Assembly (NCBI RefSeq): GCF_963921235.1
Contig: NC_086097.1
Span: forward strand, 193,256,001-193,320,000
Origin: Mobula hypostoma
Taxonomy: Eukaryota
DNA length: 64,000 bases
Direction: 5' to 3'
The notes beneath the pieces were generated by a model that ran no database searches, had not been told where the DNA came from, and saw only the letters and a list, made by a program, of their open reading frames with translations. Below, one piece after another: positions 49,110 to 62,400 of this stretch. The position numbers and the translations under genes were made by a program. Within the stretch, counting starts at the first letter, position 1. Each line of letters opens with the position of its first letter.

Positions 49110-52094
49110 TAGATAGGAATAAAGTAATTTATTATTTTTAAATCAAAATTGGGTACATTGTGAAACTGCATTCTGATGCCCCCACCTTGTAATTAGGAAG
49201 TGAGAAGAACCCTGCCTGCAGAATCCAGTGGCAAGGCAAAGAGGAATACTGCAGCTTTAGTCAGTCTTTACAGGCCTTTGCATCCTGATTCGTCAATAAG
49301 GCAAAACATCAATGCAAAATGGACCAGGTTCATATAGTACAGTCTACACTCATACATTACAATTTCAGATGATCACAGTGATGAAAACTGTACAAATACC
49401 TTCTAGGTTGAAGGGTTAAAAATAACATCTAGTTTAAAAGTAGACACTCTACTTTTTTCTTATAAAAAAAGTTACAGATTTATGATTAATTTTCAACAGG
49501 AAATATACTTCCACACAATATTGTTGACCAACTATAAAAAGAAGCAAAGTGAATAACACCAGCAATGAAATTCAATTTAGGACCATTTCAGAGACATTGT
49601 CATTTTAACAGTGTGTTAACTCAGCTGCCTTTTAAATGTCTACCATTAACAGCATGACAGGACTCCAGCATCACTGATATAATGAAATATACAACAAAAA
49701 AGGTCACAGAACTAGAGTGTATCCCAAACATACTGGTCATAATTCTTTAAGAGGTACAGATATGGAGACAAGATTCCCCTTTTGAAAGGTATTATCAGAA
49801 CCTACTGCTGGATTTTTGACTCAACCCAACCACCAAATTAGGACCTCCAGAAAGCAAACCACAGGATGCATCCAGAAGAGGTAGGATACAATTCTAGCAG
49901 TGGTGCTATGGAGGTGGGAATGAAGGTGCAGGAGAGGTCCAACTCCTACTATAAATTTTAGAAGCAGGGCACACACAATTGAAAGAACCAGAATAAAAGT
50001 TTCAATTGTTGCTGTTACTATTAGAGATGCCACTGGGTTCTCACCCAAATACAATAACCCTCAAGTAACTATAGGACCTGTTGTAGCCTCATTGCTGGCT
50101 GTTTCAAAAATGTAAGTGGTCAATTTGTACAACCACACTTCATTTGAAAAATCTCCCAACCTAAGCAAAAATCAGAACCTTTTTTCTAATACACAGCACT
50201 ACCTGAAAAAAAAGCTTACATTGGTTTTACCATTTTACAGCTCTTATATGCAAACCTTGGCAAAATCAAAAACATCACTATTCATGCATTTATGTGTCTA
50301 GAGTACAGAAGGGTGAACAGGAGTATAAACTGGGTAAAATTAATACAAAGTAAGGGAGAAGGAAATGACAACCGTTTAATAGCTTTAAATTCTCTTCAGC
50401 TAAAGAAAAATCCCAATTCAGCTGAAAGTCCTTCATCCAGGCCTCAATGCTGTGTTTTTTAAAACTAGAAATTGAAACAAGAATTTAGTTTTGCCTCTCA
50501 CTCTCCGCTAAATGCGTTGCAGAGTACATTATTGCTACTAGTGGTATTTAGCCACAAAAAAAAGGATTTTCTCCAATAATTGTAGAGTCAGCAACTAAGT
50601 TTAGTTTTTTTTAATTTAGTGAATATTGCTCGCAGGGCTTTGTGTTGGGGAACCAGCAGTACTGCAAAACTGGAGAAGGAATGTAAATGCAACAGGGCCT
50701 GGTCTTTGGGATAAGGTGCATTGTCAGGCTGACAGAAACCAAAACCGGCACTGGGTGGCTAAATAATATATTCACCAGTCTCCTAGCCTCCTAGCATACT
50801 TAGTGATGTATTTAAACTTTTGTCCTGATGTTCTGCACAGCTTCTCCCCTGCTCCTCATAACTCAAGCAAATACCATCCATGTACTTCCCTCCAATGGTG
50901 AAGCTTAGGAAAGGTCTCGTGGAACCTCAATTAATTATGTAACAGCAGTTTTAGAAACAAAACATCCTTCACTTAAAAGTCAGTCTCAACTTCATGAGTT
51001 ACAAGCTAGAAATGTAGAAATCACAAAGGCACAGCCATCATTGATGACCCCAAACATCTCCAATCTGCATTCAAATATCTCAAGACAGTGAACAATGGAA
51101 AGTGACAAACTGACAATACACACACTCCATTATTAACTCATCCAGACCTCACAGTTTTAAAGGCAATGTTCCAGCAAGGCACAGCAACCGCATGGTTAAC
51201 AAGGGAATGACCCAGACCTCTGCATTCAGTGCCCACTAAAAACACAAGCAAAGTCAAAACCACATGCATCAATATGGTTTTGATAAGGATATCTCAATAA
51301 GGAGACATACATTCAAGAATTTTGTGCTAAATTTAAAGTTTACTCAGCCCGACCATAAAAATATTGGTGACCAGGGAACCAAAATATTCTGGGGTTGGTT
51401 CTGGTCTCAACCAGTGGTCATCACTTCTTGTGCAGATGCAGCCTTACAGTGAGTTGGACAAGTGTGACAGCCATAAAACAGAACCACACCAATGAAAGGA
51501 AGCCACAAGTCAAGCAATGTCTCCAGAGTCAGGAATGCTTGTGTGTGCAGGTTCTGCTGTGACTACTGGAACCTGAAAAGAGAAAAAAGTCTGCACAGTA
51601 CTGCAGACCAAGTAAGTTCTGTTACCCAGGTCCATGGTTGATTGCCTTACACTGAAATAAAGACTGAAGAATAATCAAAACTCAGTTTAACCCCAGTGAC
51701 AATACATAATTATATAAAAAAAAACTGTTATTCTAAACAATGCATGAGGCCACATTATTTTCCCATGCAGGAATGATAAAGAGTTATAAGAAGGCTCTGT
51801 ATATCTAAATATTGCACAGACTGAAAGTAAAGAATCACATGATCATGGGAAATTCTCACATTATCAACAACTACAAAACAAAAGGTTCATCTATCTATAG
51901 TAGTCATGAATTCATCAGTCTCCATGTGAGCAATTTGTTAAGACAATTCTGTGATAGGAAGCCAATTTTTGGGATTCCCTTGTGCAAATAAGAAGGCATC
52001 ATGCTGCATAAAGCATCTATTTTTACCATATGGAACAAGCTTTTCCTGTAGTGTTCTTCCCTCAGGTCAGTTTGACAGCCAGCATGGGTAGGAT
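49110..52094 (-). other. TGIF1: Candidate TGIF1 3' UTR (up to about 3 kb); AATAAA on - at 49133-49128
   Basis: Repeat-poor sequence downstream of the stop; the hexamer is followed by a U-rich tract on the - strand. The true end is uncertain. Confidence 0.4.
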
Positions 52095-52664
52095 CTAAGC
52101 CACAGGTTTGGACTGGGATTCCATTTCCGCAGCTCGTTTCAGCGCAACATCCACCAGCAGCTGAAATCCGCTGAAATCTTGATTGAGATCCGGAGGAGTG
52201 GGTGGAGGAGTGTTAAATAGTCCACTCTGGTGGGACGGGTTGGACCCAATCTGAACGGCATCTTTGGAGCATCCAGGATTGGTATGCACCAAGCCTGCAG
52301 TTGGCAAAAGATCCATTTTAGACACTCCCTCTGAGCTGGTGGGTGGGCAGTAGTGTAAAGGCACATCATTCGGTGTCGAAACGGTAGTGTGGCAAATGAC
52401 TGAAGGCCTAGGTAGGAACGCTCCTGAAGAAGAGGTGCTGCATGGAGAGGTCTCCCCATTATCAGGGCCGGAGCTTGTGGATCCAAACGATCTTTCATCA
52501 AGGTCTTGGACAAAACTGCTGGACGCCACTGACGTCTGAGCGGGGGTGTGCTCCACACTCTTACTCCCGCGCCGAGAGATGGTGAAGTTATTGGGATCTT
52601 TTCCATCCTTCCTCAGCATGTCGGGCAGCAGTCTGCGGCGTGCATTAATGAACCAGTTACAGAC
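52095..52664 (-). CDS. TGIF1: Final coding exon of TALE homeobox corepressor TGIF1
   Basis: Acceptor ttccAG at 52666-52665. Exon reads [33 protein letters not shown]...[10 protein letters not shown]...[35 protein letters not shown], covering homeodomain helix 3, the MAPK/Fbxw7 TPPPTPP motif and the Sin3-interacting helix. Confidence 0.97.
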   Translation of the reverse strand, partial: VCNWFINARRRLLPDMLRKDGKDPNNFTISRRGSKSVEHTPAQTSVASSSFVQDLDERSFGSTSSGPDNGETSPCSTSSSGAFLPRPSVICHTTVSTPNDVPLHYCPPTSSEGVSKMDLLPTAGLVHTNPGCSKDAVQIGSNPSHQSGLFNTPPPTPPDLNQDFSGFQLLVDVALKRAAEMESQSKPVA

Positions 52665-52929
52665 CTGGAATGCAGCAGGCAAGAAAATAATCAGGTTGAG
52701 TACATTTTTACTCCAGTATAGGAGGCAATCAAAAGTGCAGCACACAAGAAAAACACAATATGAAAACTGTAGAAAGAAATTAACATAACTATTTGTAATA
52801 TTAAGTTCAGTTTAAATATACCAAGCCACTTCCTTTTCAAACAGAACAGTTTAGAATCAGAGCACAGAAATAGCCCCTTCAGCCCAAATGGCATTCCATG
52901 TCAACTAAGATTCCCATCTAATTTTTTTT

Positions 52930-53190
52930 AGATATAGCATGAAACAGACTCTTTGAATTTGCTGCCCAGCAAAACACCCATTTAACCCTAGTCTAATCAC
53001 AGGAATATTTACAATGACCAGTTAACCTACTAACCCATTCATCTTTGGGCCTTGCGTGGATTTCCTCCAGGTGCTCTGGTTTCCTCCCACTGACGGGGAG
53101 AACATACAAACTCCTTACAGACAATGGGCAGGAACTGAACCCAGGTCACTGGCTCTGTAATAGTGTTAGGTTAACTGTTACACTAGTGCC
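52930..53190 (-). mobile_element. tRNA-derived SINE remnant (V-SINE/HE1-like)
   Basis: - strand gacctgggttcagttcctgccc...tgtctgtaaggagtttgtatgttctcccc; same family as 63165-63390. Confidence 0.65.
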
Positions 53191-53535
53191 AAGTTAGTCA
53201 CGTCCTATTAAACCTTTCCTAACCACAATAAAAGAACTAAATTTAGATATCCAGTCTCACAAGGAATTAACCCAGAGAACATAAAAGTCAAGTAAACTAC
53301 AGAAAATGGTATCTGAAATAAAAGCAAAAATTAGCAGAACACTCAGCAGTTAAATTGATAAATATTTCTTTCCACAACTGTTACCAATATGCATGTTTCT
53401 TTTTTCCCAACTGGATCATATGCTTTAACCCACTTTAAAGATTGCTTTCTTAAAATATTACTTTCTCTACCTACTCTGCATGCAATTACTTCTTACCCCA
53501 TGCCAAGAACAAACTTAAATAACTCAGAGCTTAAA

Positions 53536-53670
53536 TTCAACCATCAAGCTGATGCCACACTTAGAACTTGTGTGTTGGTCTGGGCTGTTTGAAGCAGTTC
53601 CATGTTAAAGTGTGGTATCTGCTTGATGGTTGAACTGCTTCAAACAGCCCAGCCCAACACACAAGTTCTA
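53536..53670. repeat. Interleaved inverted repeats A-B-A'-B'
   Basis: A 53536-53562 matches A' 53608-53634 (25/27). B 53562-53600 matches B' 53632-53670 (38/39). Confidence 0.9.
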
Positions 53671-53834
53671 TAAGATAAACAAACCATAACAGTCTCTATT
53701 CCAGCAGCCAGTTCCATTCTGTCAGTGCCACCGGATAGACCAAAGTCGCACTAAAATAACAGAACAGCCTCTTTGTAGAAAACTTACTGACCATACAAGG
53801 GAACTTTGCTGTCAGAAACCTAGGACCAACATTG

Positions 53835-54005
53835 CAAGCAACACACATCAAAGTTGCTGGTGAACACAGCAGGCCAGGCAGCATCTCTAGGAAGCGGTAC
53901 AGTCAACGTTTCAGGCTGAGACCCTTCATCAGGTGAACCCTTCGTTCACCAGCAACTTTAATGTGCGTTGCTTGAACTTCCAGCATCTGCAGAATTCCTC
54001 GTGTT
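53835..54005. mobile_element. Miniature fold-back Penelope terminal-repeat derivative
   Basis: Arms 53835-53865 and 53944-53974 are inverted. - strand CTGATGA-AGGGTCTCAGCCT-GAAAC-GTT-GACT lies at about 53901-53933. Confidence 0.8.
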
Positions 54006-55129
54006 CGCGACCATCATTGCAATCTTGAAATATAAAAATGAATGGTGCAACCATCTTTCAATGCTTCTCATCTCTAAATTCAGATGCTTGGCATGTGAAG
54101 TAAAAGCTACTGCATCTTTGGGACTAAGTTGTTGTTACAATCTATACTGTGTGTATTAAACTGGACCAAGGTATATTTTGATGCTTGAAATATTAGGTTC
54201 TATTCCCAGTATGAAGATGCATTAAAAAAATTTCATTAGTTGTTAAGGAAAATTAAATCATTCTTTCAAAAACCAGCACAAAGACAATGTACTAAATAAT
54301 GTTTTGAGATCATTAAATTTAAATAATTCAACAAAATTCAAGAAATGCTCAGAGAAAAGAATTCCATAATCACATGAACTATTACTCCACAGAAATGAAA
54401 AAATAGAGCAGATATTCAGCAGCAGAATATTTATATTTTAATAGTCAGGATAATAATTCAAGAAAATCCACATTGTGCATCATAAAAATGCTTTCATACT
54501 CTACAACTGAATATATCTACTTAATGTCAGATGTATCAGTTAAAACTGAGGGGGAGATATACCAACAGCAGAGTGTGTTAGGGTAATAGGTGCTGCTTTA
54601 CAGCTCCAGTGACCTGCAATCATTCTAGTGTATGTCCGTCAGAGTTTAGCATATGCTCCCTGTAGCTATGTGAGCCGATGGGAAATTTCAGAGGGAAAAA
54701 AATACTAATAATGTAAGCAGGGGGATTGATGATCAGCATGGACTGAAGGAACTTAAGAACCAATTTCTGTATGACTACATGGAGCAACACTGTGGACTAT
54801 AACTGGGAGGTTAAAATGCCTAGAAACTGACACCTGACAAAGAATCCATCTGAATTACAGAGAATGTTATTAAGCAGGCATTAGTAACACTCTGTTCAAT
54901 GGAATCTATATTTTGCTCTTACTCCAGTACGGCATGAGGAAACAATGTTTCCCTCTTGTCTGAGTTAATAGCTTCAGCAATTAAATCTAAAGGTGCTCTT
55001 ACTTGGGCAGTTAATGTAGTACAACATGCTGTCACACACAGCATCAGTGTTACAATGTCCAGAGATAATCCAAATTGCCCTTTATGACTCAATGAGCAAC
55101 ATGCATTCAATTAAAATTTTATATACATG

Positions 55130-56172
55130 CTGTTCATTTTGTATATAAATGATATATGTATGGTCTCTCAGACATTAAAATGTATATTATTTGCTGATGA
55201 TACAACTATATTTCATGTTGGGAAACATCTGAAACAACTTTTGGATACAACGGAGAAAGAACTAAAAATTATAAAGAAATAGTTTGATACTAACAAATTA
55301 TCACTGAAATTAAGTAAAACTAAATTCATAATATTTGGAAACCATGTACCAAACTCATATAGTAAACTTAGAATAACTGATGTTGAAGTTCATAAGGTAG
55401 CTGAAACAAAATTTTTTAGGAGTGGTAATAGATAATAAATTAAGCTGGAAACCACATATAAATTATGTCAAAGCAAAAATGTCAAAATCTATCGCAATAC
55501 TGAACAAAGCGCAAGATTTCTTAAATCAAGAATCTTTGTATACATTATACTGTTCACTTATAGCCCCATACATGACTTACTGTGTAGAGGTATGGGGAAA
55601 TACATACAAAACAAATAAAAACTCTATTTTTCTACTCCAAAAGAAGGTCATATGAATTGTAAATAAGACAAGTTATTATGAGCCAACCAATCCACTATTT
55701 ATTCAACTAAATACTTTAAAATTCAGAGACTTCATAGATTTTAAAATAATACAAATTATGTATAAAGTAAAAAATGGACAGCTACCACAATGTATCCAAA
55801 AGTTGTTTAAAATGAGAGAAAGTCAACAGGATTTGAGAGGAACATGTATATTTCAAAAACAAAGGATAAGAACAAATGTAAAAAAATCATTGTATTTCAG
55901 AAGGGTAAATCTATGGGACAGTTGTAGTGAGAATTTAAAAACATGCACCACACTGAACAAGTTTTAAAAATTATTTTAAAATAATGAACAAATATAAAAT
56001 ACATTATTTAAAATGAATGAGAGTAATGTAAATAAATGATATTTGGAATTGGATTTTGTGTTAAAAGATTATGAAATTTTTTGTTTTCATGTGATGATTG
56101 ACGCCAAATATGTTGTTGTATAGGTAAGGGGGTAGGCATAATAAGCTGTAACTTCAGCCTGCACCCTTTCGG
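55130..56172 (+). mobile_element. AT-rich L2/Crack-group LINE 3' fragment
   Basis: LFILYINDI...ILFADDTT...KFLGVVIDNKLSWKPHI...LYCSLIAPYMTYCVEVWG; 3' stem-loop ggggtaggc...gcctgcaccct. Confidence 0.8.
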
Positions 56173-56194
56173 TCCTAGGAAATCATCGTTATGA

Positions 56195-57407
56195 AATCAT
56201 CCCCTTCTCGCAATTCCTCTGTCTCCGCCGCATCTGCTCTCAGGATGAGGCTTTTCATTCCAGGATGAGGGAGATGTCCTCCTTTTTTAAAGAAAGGGGA
56301 TTCCCTTCCTCCACCATCAACTCTGCTGTCAAACGCAGCTCCCCCATTTCACGTACATCTGATCTCACTCCATCCTCACGCCATCCCACTAGGAATAGCG
56401 TTCCCCTGGTCCTCACCTACCACCCCACCAGCCTCTGGGTCCAACATATTGTTCTCCATAACTTCTGCCACCTCCAACGGGATCCAAACACTAAGCACAT
56501 CTTTCCCTTCCACCCCCCCCGCTTTCCGCAGGGATCGCTCCCTAAGCGACTCCCTTGTCCATTCGTCCCCCCCCCCATCCCTCCCCACTGATCTCCCTCC
56601 TGGCACTTATCCTTGTAAGCAGAACAAGTGCTACACATGCCCTTACACTTCCTCCCTTACCACCATTCAGGGTCCCAGACAGTCCTTCCAGGTGAGGCGA
56701 CACTTCACCTGTGAGTCGGCTGGGGTGATATACTGTGTCCGGTGCTCCCGATGTGGCCTTCTATATATTGGCGAGACCCGATGCAGACTGGGAGACCACT
56801 TTGCTGAACACCTACGCTCTGTCTGCCAGAGAAAGCAGAATCTCCCAGTGGCCACACATTTTAATTCCACATCCCATTCCCATTCTGACATGTCTATCCA
56901 CGGTCTCCTCTACTGTAAAGATGAAGCCACACTCAGGTTGGAGGAACAACACCTTATATTCCGTCTGGGTAGCCTCCAACCTGATGGCATGAACGTTGAC
57001 TTCTCTAACTTCCGCTAATGCCCCACCTCCCTCTCGTACCCCATCCGTTATTTATTTTTATACACACATTCTTTCTCTCACTGTCCTTTTTCTCCCTCTG
57101 TCCCTCTGACTATACCCCTTGCCCATCCTCCAGGTGTCCCCCCCGCCCCCCCCATCTTTCTCCCAGGGCCTCCTGTCCCATGATCCTCTCATATCTCCTT
57201 TGCCAATCACCTGTCCAGCTCTTGGCTCCATCCCTCCCCCTCCTCCTATCATTTTGGATCTCCCCCTCCCCCTCCCACTTTCAAATCTCTTACTAACTCT
57301 TCCTTCAGTTAGTCCTAACGAAGGGTCTCGGCCTGAAACGTCGACTGTACCTCTTCCTAGAGATGCTGCCTGGCCTGCTGCGTTCACCGGCAACTTTGAT
57401 GTGTGTT
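56195..57407 (+). mobile_element. 5'-truncated Penelope-like element with GIY-YIG endonuclease domain and 3' terminal repeat
   Basis: ORF 56449-57018 reads CKQNKCYTC...GVIYCVRCSRCGLLYIGET...EHL...HFN...EQHLIFRLGSLQPDGMN. The hammerhead motif at 57311-57346 has core change CTAACGA. Confidence 0.92.
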
Positions 57408-60400
57408 ACATGCAACAGGTACATGTCCATCTACTATTAAAGAAAGGGAGTGAGCTAGAAACCAGTTAAGTCAATATCAATAGTAGGCATTATTTTGTTA
57501 AGGAGGTTTAGGACACTTACAGAACATCAAAAAATTGATTTCATGAAAGGGCAATCATGTTGGAGAAATCTATTTCTAAGGTTGTATTTAACAGAATAAA
57601 TAAGTGAGAACCAACAGATATGATGCACTTGGACCGTCAAAAGACCTTTGATAAGATACTACACAAGAGGATGTGGAAGTGGAAGATAGGGGAATTAGCT
57701 AATGAATGGAAAACAATAAAACAGAACAGATCAACTTTGGATTGGTTGGCCATGAATAGTAGTTTCATAGGCATCAGTACTGGATGCACACTCCTCACAA
57801 TTGGCATAACTTTTACATAACATACACAATTAGTTAGTGTTGCAGCCCAGGTGCAACATAACTATGTCAACAATGATGCCATGCTAAGCAGCAATGCAAG
57901 GACTTTTCATCAGGGGACGGCGGGGGGCGGGGCAGGGGGGTTAAGGAACAGACGGGCACCATGGTCAGCTTGGGCTAGCTGGAACAAAGGGACTGTATCG
58001 TTGTTCTAAGACTAATTGGAAAGATAAAGGCTTGCCAATTTAAGAGAGTGAAAGGTACTGGTGATCAACTGGATAACAGGGGAAATCCAGGGATTCAGGG
58101 TTATTGCAGGAAAGTGGTGGCAAAGTTAGAAAACATATCACTCTTGCAGGCAAAAATGAAGTCCAAGAGAGATCAAAAAAAGGAAAGAGTCATGTTCATC
58201 CATAAATATAAAGGCTCTGTGTTTTTGATTAACTATGCCCTTCATGTACAGAAAGGCACTGAACTACTTGAAAACTCAATTTTAGTAAAAGCAGGCAAAG
58301 AAAAAAACAGAACTGATCTATATTTCCCAGATCAAAGCAATTCCCGCAGCCAGTTTGGCTCTGGATAGTTCTATTTAAATAATTAAAAGTCAGGTTACAC
58401 ACAGGTGGTTAAGGTGATTTTTGGAAAGAATTTAATCTAATAAAACCAGACCAGACTGCCACAGTGCCAGGCACCACAGCTGCTTGTCTGTTTATACTAC
58501 TTCAATGCTGGTGTTCTCATATACAGCCTGCACTCCGATCTTCAGTGTAAAATTAACCTCCAGCATCTCAGCTCATCCTCATATGAAATTCCTTCTCCAT
58601 TGAGGGCAACAACAAAGCATCACATTATCGAACTTCAAAGATACTCACACTGTTCAAAACCCAGCAGAGCTGTTTCAACATCATGCAAAAAAGACCTCTG
58701 TGATATTTCTAATATTCTTCCAATAATGTTTGTGTCCATTACTGCTGAAATCAGCGGAACCTTCAGCCATTTAGGCCTTATCTAATGGAAATCCTTTATA
58801 ACAGCCTCTGCTTATTCCCAACTACTCAAGACTTCTCTCAATGCACCCTAGAAAGTTACCTCAAGGTATATAAGTAAGTTGTCACTATGGAAACTATACT
58901 AAAGATTAGAAATATCAAATAATTGTTCTAAGCAATACCAGCGATTTTTGTTTTATTTAGTAATACATAAACTGATTGGACACTGAAGCATGAATCAATT
59001 TGAAAAACAAGGTGCAATTTGGAGCACAATGTGTGCCCAAATTGCTCTTCCTAAGCCAAGTAGAAAATCTACTTTGAAACTCCAGGCTCACAAAAGATGG
59101 GCCTAGGGTATCTGAAGGGATGGATTTAAGATCCAAGACAGTGGTGCCCCCTTGGAGGGCATCTTTCAGAATTCAGCTGAACAGCATACACCAAAACTGT
59201 TGCCAACAATTCTGCCAGCAGAGAATGGACAGTGTACAGAGCTCATTTGATGATGTGTGCGAAAGTCTGCACAAACAAGGTGCATAAGAATATTCAAGCA
59301 GGCCTAAAATTGAGGCTCTGGCGCACTGCCACATTAGTAAATGGATGTGTGAAGCTTTCTGGATAAAATAAAATCTAAATGATTAACAAATCCCAATGAT
59401 CGTCGCACTGATAACCTGCGAATAACTATATCCAATCACCATATTATCAGTATTCATCTAAATTCATCCTGGAACCTCACTGGATTAAAACTAGATGTTC
59501 ATGTTCTAAGATACCACAACCCAGGTTTGGCTTTCAAGAGTTACACCAAATTGCATTTATACATCACCTGTGCTCAGGAACCCACTCTGGTTCTAAGCTA
59601 AATAAACCATCTTAATTTAAAACGCTCATTCAGTTTTCACCATGGTCTTTCCCTTCCCCATATCAATAATCTCATCCAGTCCCATCACCCTCCAAATTTC
59701 TCTACTCTTCCAACCATAGTCTTAAATACCTTCTAATATAAGGTCAGCCCTTGCCTGCAAAGGACATGAGCTCAGCTGCTCAAAATCTTTCCATATCACT
59801 CTACCTTCTTGAAAACAAGCCTCAAATCCTACCCATTTCCCACAAACTTCTCTCCATCAATAAATCACCTAACAGTCCTTGAGTTAGTTATTTCATTGGA
59901 TAATGAAAACAACCCAAGGCAAAGGAATGTTGTCTTAAAAGTAATAAATCAATGAGAATATTGCTGTACCCTCCACTAGCACCATACTAACTACGCATAA
60001 AGGCTAATTTCCATTTACAAGCGTGCATTAGGACTCCCAGTGTACAAGGTAGTTTGTTCATTTCTATCTCTGATAAAGGTGGAATTTATTGTCCACCTCT
60101 TTTGCCTTGCCAGCCCCTAAACAGTGACTTACTAGGCCATTTCAAAAGGCAATTAAAGTGTTAACAATCTTACTACATATGGAGTTACTTACAAGTATGA
60201 ATAAAACTGGAAACGGTTCTCAATGGGTGTGGTGAATGGTGAGAGAGACATGGTTTTGGAAGGGGTGCAGAAATATAGAGGCCTGAGGATACCAATGCAT
60301 AATTTTTTTGACAGTGTCTGGACACATTAGGAAAACAATCAAAAGCTCCTAGACATAGTGTACAAAAGCAGGAAAATTACACAGAACCTTGTAAAACTGG

Positions 60401-61469
60401 TCAGGTCACAACCAGGTTCAAGTCACCACACTTTAGGAAGGATTCAAAGATCACAGAAAGGATGCCTCAACGAGACAATGGCTCCATGCTTGATGGATTT
60501 CTGTTACATCCCCAAATTGGAAGCAAAGAAAGGATGAAAAGATCTGACAGAGGGAATCATGACTGATGTACCTAGATAGAATCAACTCCCGTTGGTTAAT
60601 GACTCAAAGACAAAGTTACACAAATTCAGAGTGGCACCCAGAAAATTGGGAGTACATGAACAAACAAAAAATAGTAGTTATAATCCAGAACTTACTGTGT
60701 TTAAGTGGTGGAATGAATGGAGTCAATCAGGACTTCAAAAGATTTTGTTCAAATACAAGTTCTGACAGAAGATGATTTGCTGGGCTACATGGAAAGAGGA
60801 GGGGGGGTTGTGGATGAGACAGACTGAATTGTTCTAAAAAGGGGCTGGCAGAGTTGATGGCTAATGAGGCACCTGCGCCATAACTAATTAACAAATCTTG
60901 GGCTTATTTCCCCAAAAGAGTGTAGAAGGTGAAAATACTTTCCCAGAATCTTCATCAAGTCATTCTTTGTTATATTCCCCTGATTATCAGTACAAAGATG
61001 CGTGAGCAAAAGGCCAATGAACTTTTTAATTAGTATTGAACAAGTCGTATCAACACGGAGGCTTCACCCTTTGCTACAATGTAGACGTGAATTGGTCAAT
61101 CAACATTTTGTTTATTGACTTCAAGTTGGCATCTCAGGTTCTAGACACCACTGCCTCCGTGCAATCCAAAAAGCTACCCCAAGCTCCAGAGACCTGAGTT
61201 CATTTCTGGCCTTGGGTCCTGAGTTTTTACATATTCACCCAGCGACTACATGTGATTTCCCAGGCACTTCAGCTTCCTTTCATATTCGAGGGATGTACAA
61301 GTTGGTTGATTAATTGACCACTTAAAATTGCCCCTAGTATGCAAGTAAGGCTATGGAGGAGAAATAAGCAATAGGAAATATCAATGTGGGAACAGAGGCA
61401 TCAAAAAAGCAGTGGGCCGAAATGCCATCCTGTCTGAATTGGCAGCTACATCTCTAACTCCATCATGCT

Positions 61470-62400
61470 AAGCACCAGTCCAGTGTGCTCAGCCCACGGT
61501 TGATGCATGACTGTACTGCTAGACCCTGTTTAAACTGAATCAGGTTTGCTGATGACACAACAGTGGTTGGCCTCATCAATTAACGATGACAAGATGGCGT
61601 ACAGAGCTGGTAGAGCAGATTGAATTTTCGACTAACGTATGGACTCATCTTAGGTTCTTGGTATTTATTGCTTTATTTATTACTATCTTTTCTCTTTCTT
61701 TTGTATTTGCAGTTTGTTGTCTTTGGCACATTTGTTGTTTGTCCACCCTGTTGGGTGCTGATTTTCATTGACTCTATTGTGGTTCTTGGATTTACTGTGC
61801 ATGCACACAATTTAATGAATTTCAGGGTTTTAAATGGTGATATATATTATAACAACAAATTTTTTTTTCTACTTTGTAATGTTTAAATGAATGAGATGAT
61901 GGTGGACTTTAGGAAGGAGCAAGCTGACCACCACCACAGTGCACATAAAAGGCTCCTCCGTGGAATTAGGAGCACCAAATGCCTGGAAGTGTACATAGTG
62001 GACAATTCTACTTGGTCACTCAACACCATTTCTTTAGTGAAGTACAGCAGCATCTCCTTCCTAAGGAGACAGGGGCAAATGAGCCCCTCACACCCATTCT
62101 CACCAATTTTTACAGGAGCATCACTGTCTGGTGTGGGAATCCCAAAGCATCTGACCGCAAGACCCCACAAAGGGTCAAGAGCACTCTAAGGTGATCACTG
62201 GGCCCTCTCTTCTACCCATCTGAGATATAATTATCATTAGTACTGCGTACATGGGACTCTTAACATCGCCATTGATGCCTTTCATCTGCCCAAATATCTC
62301 AACACACTACCATCAGGGCTGGAAGGATCGGAGCATTTGGACAAGTACCGTTAGAATGGGATTCCGCTTCTCCCCCCCCTCCCCCACCACACCCCCCAGC
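61470..62400 (+). mobile_element. Degenerate Rex1-like LINE with SINE-like insert
   Basis: HDCTAR...RFADDTTVVGLI and EMMVDFRK motifs. Confidence 0.6.

Noticed and set aside
52665..52745. N-terminal extension of the TGIF1 ORF (MCCTFD...)
   Set aside because: Intronic; lies upstream of a canonical AG acceptor where homology begins.
56449..57018. Possible domesticated GIY-YIG nuclease gene
   Set aside because: Frameshifted from the upstream PLE sequence, followed by a pLTR, and present in several decayed copies in the window.
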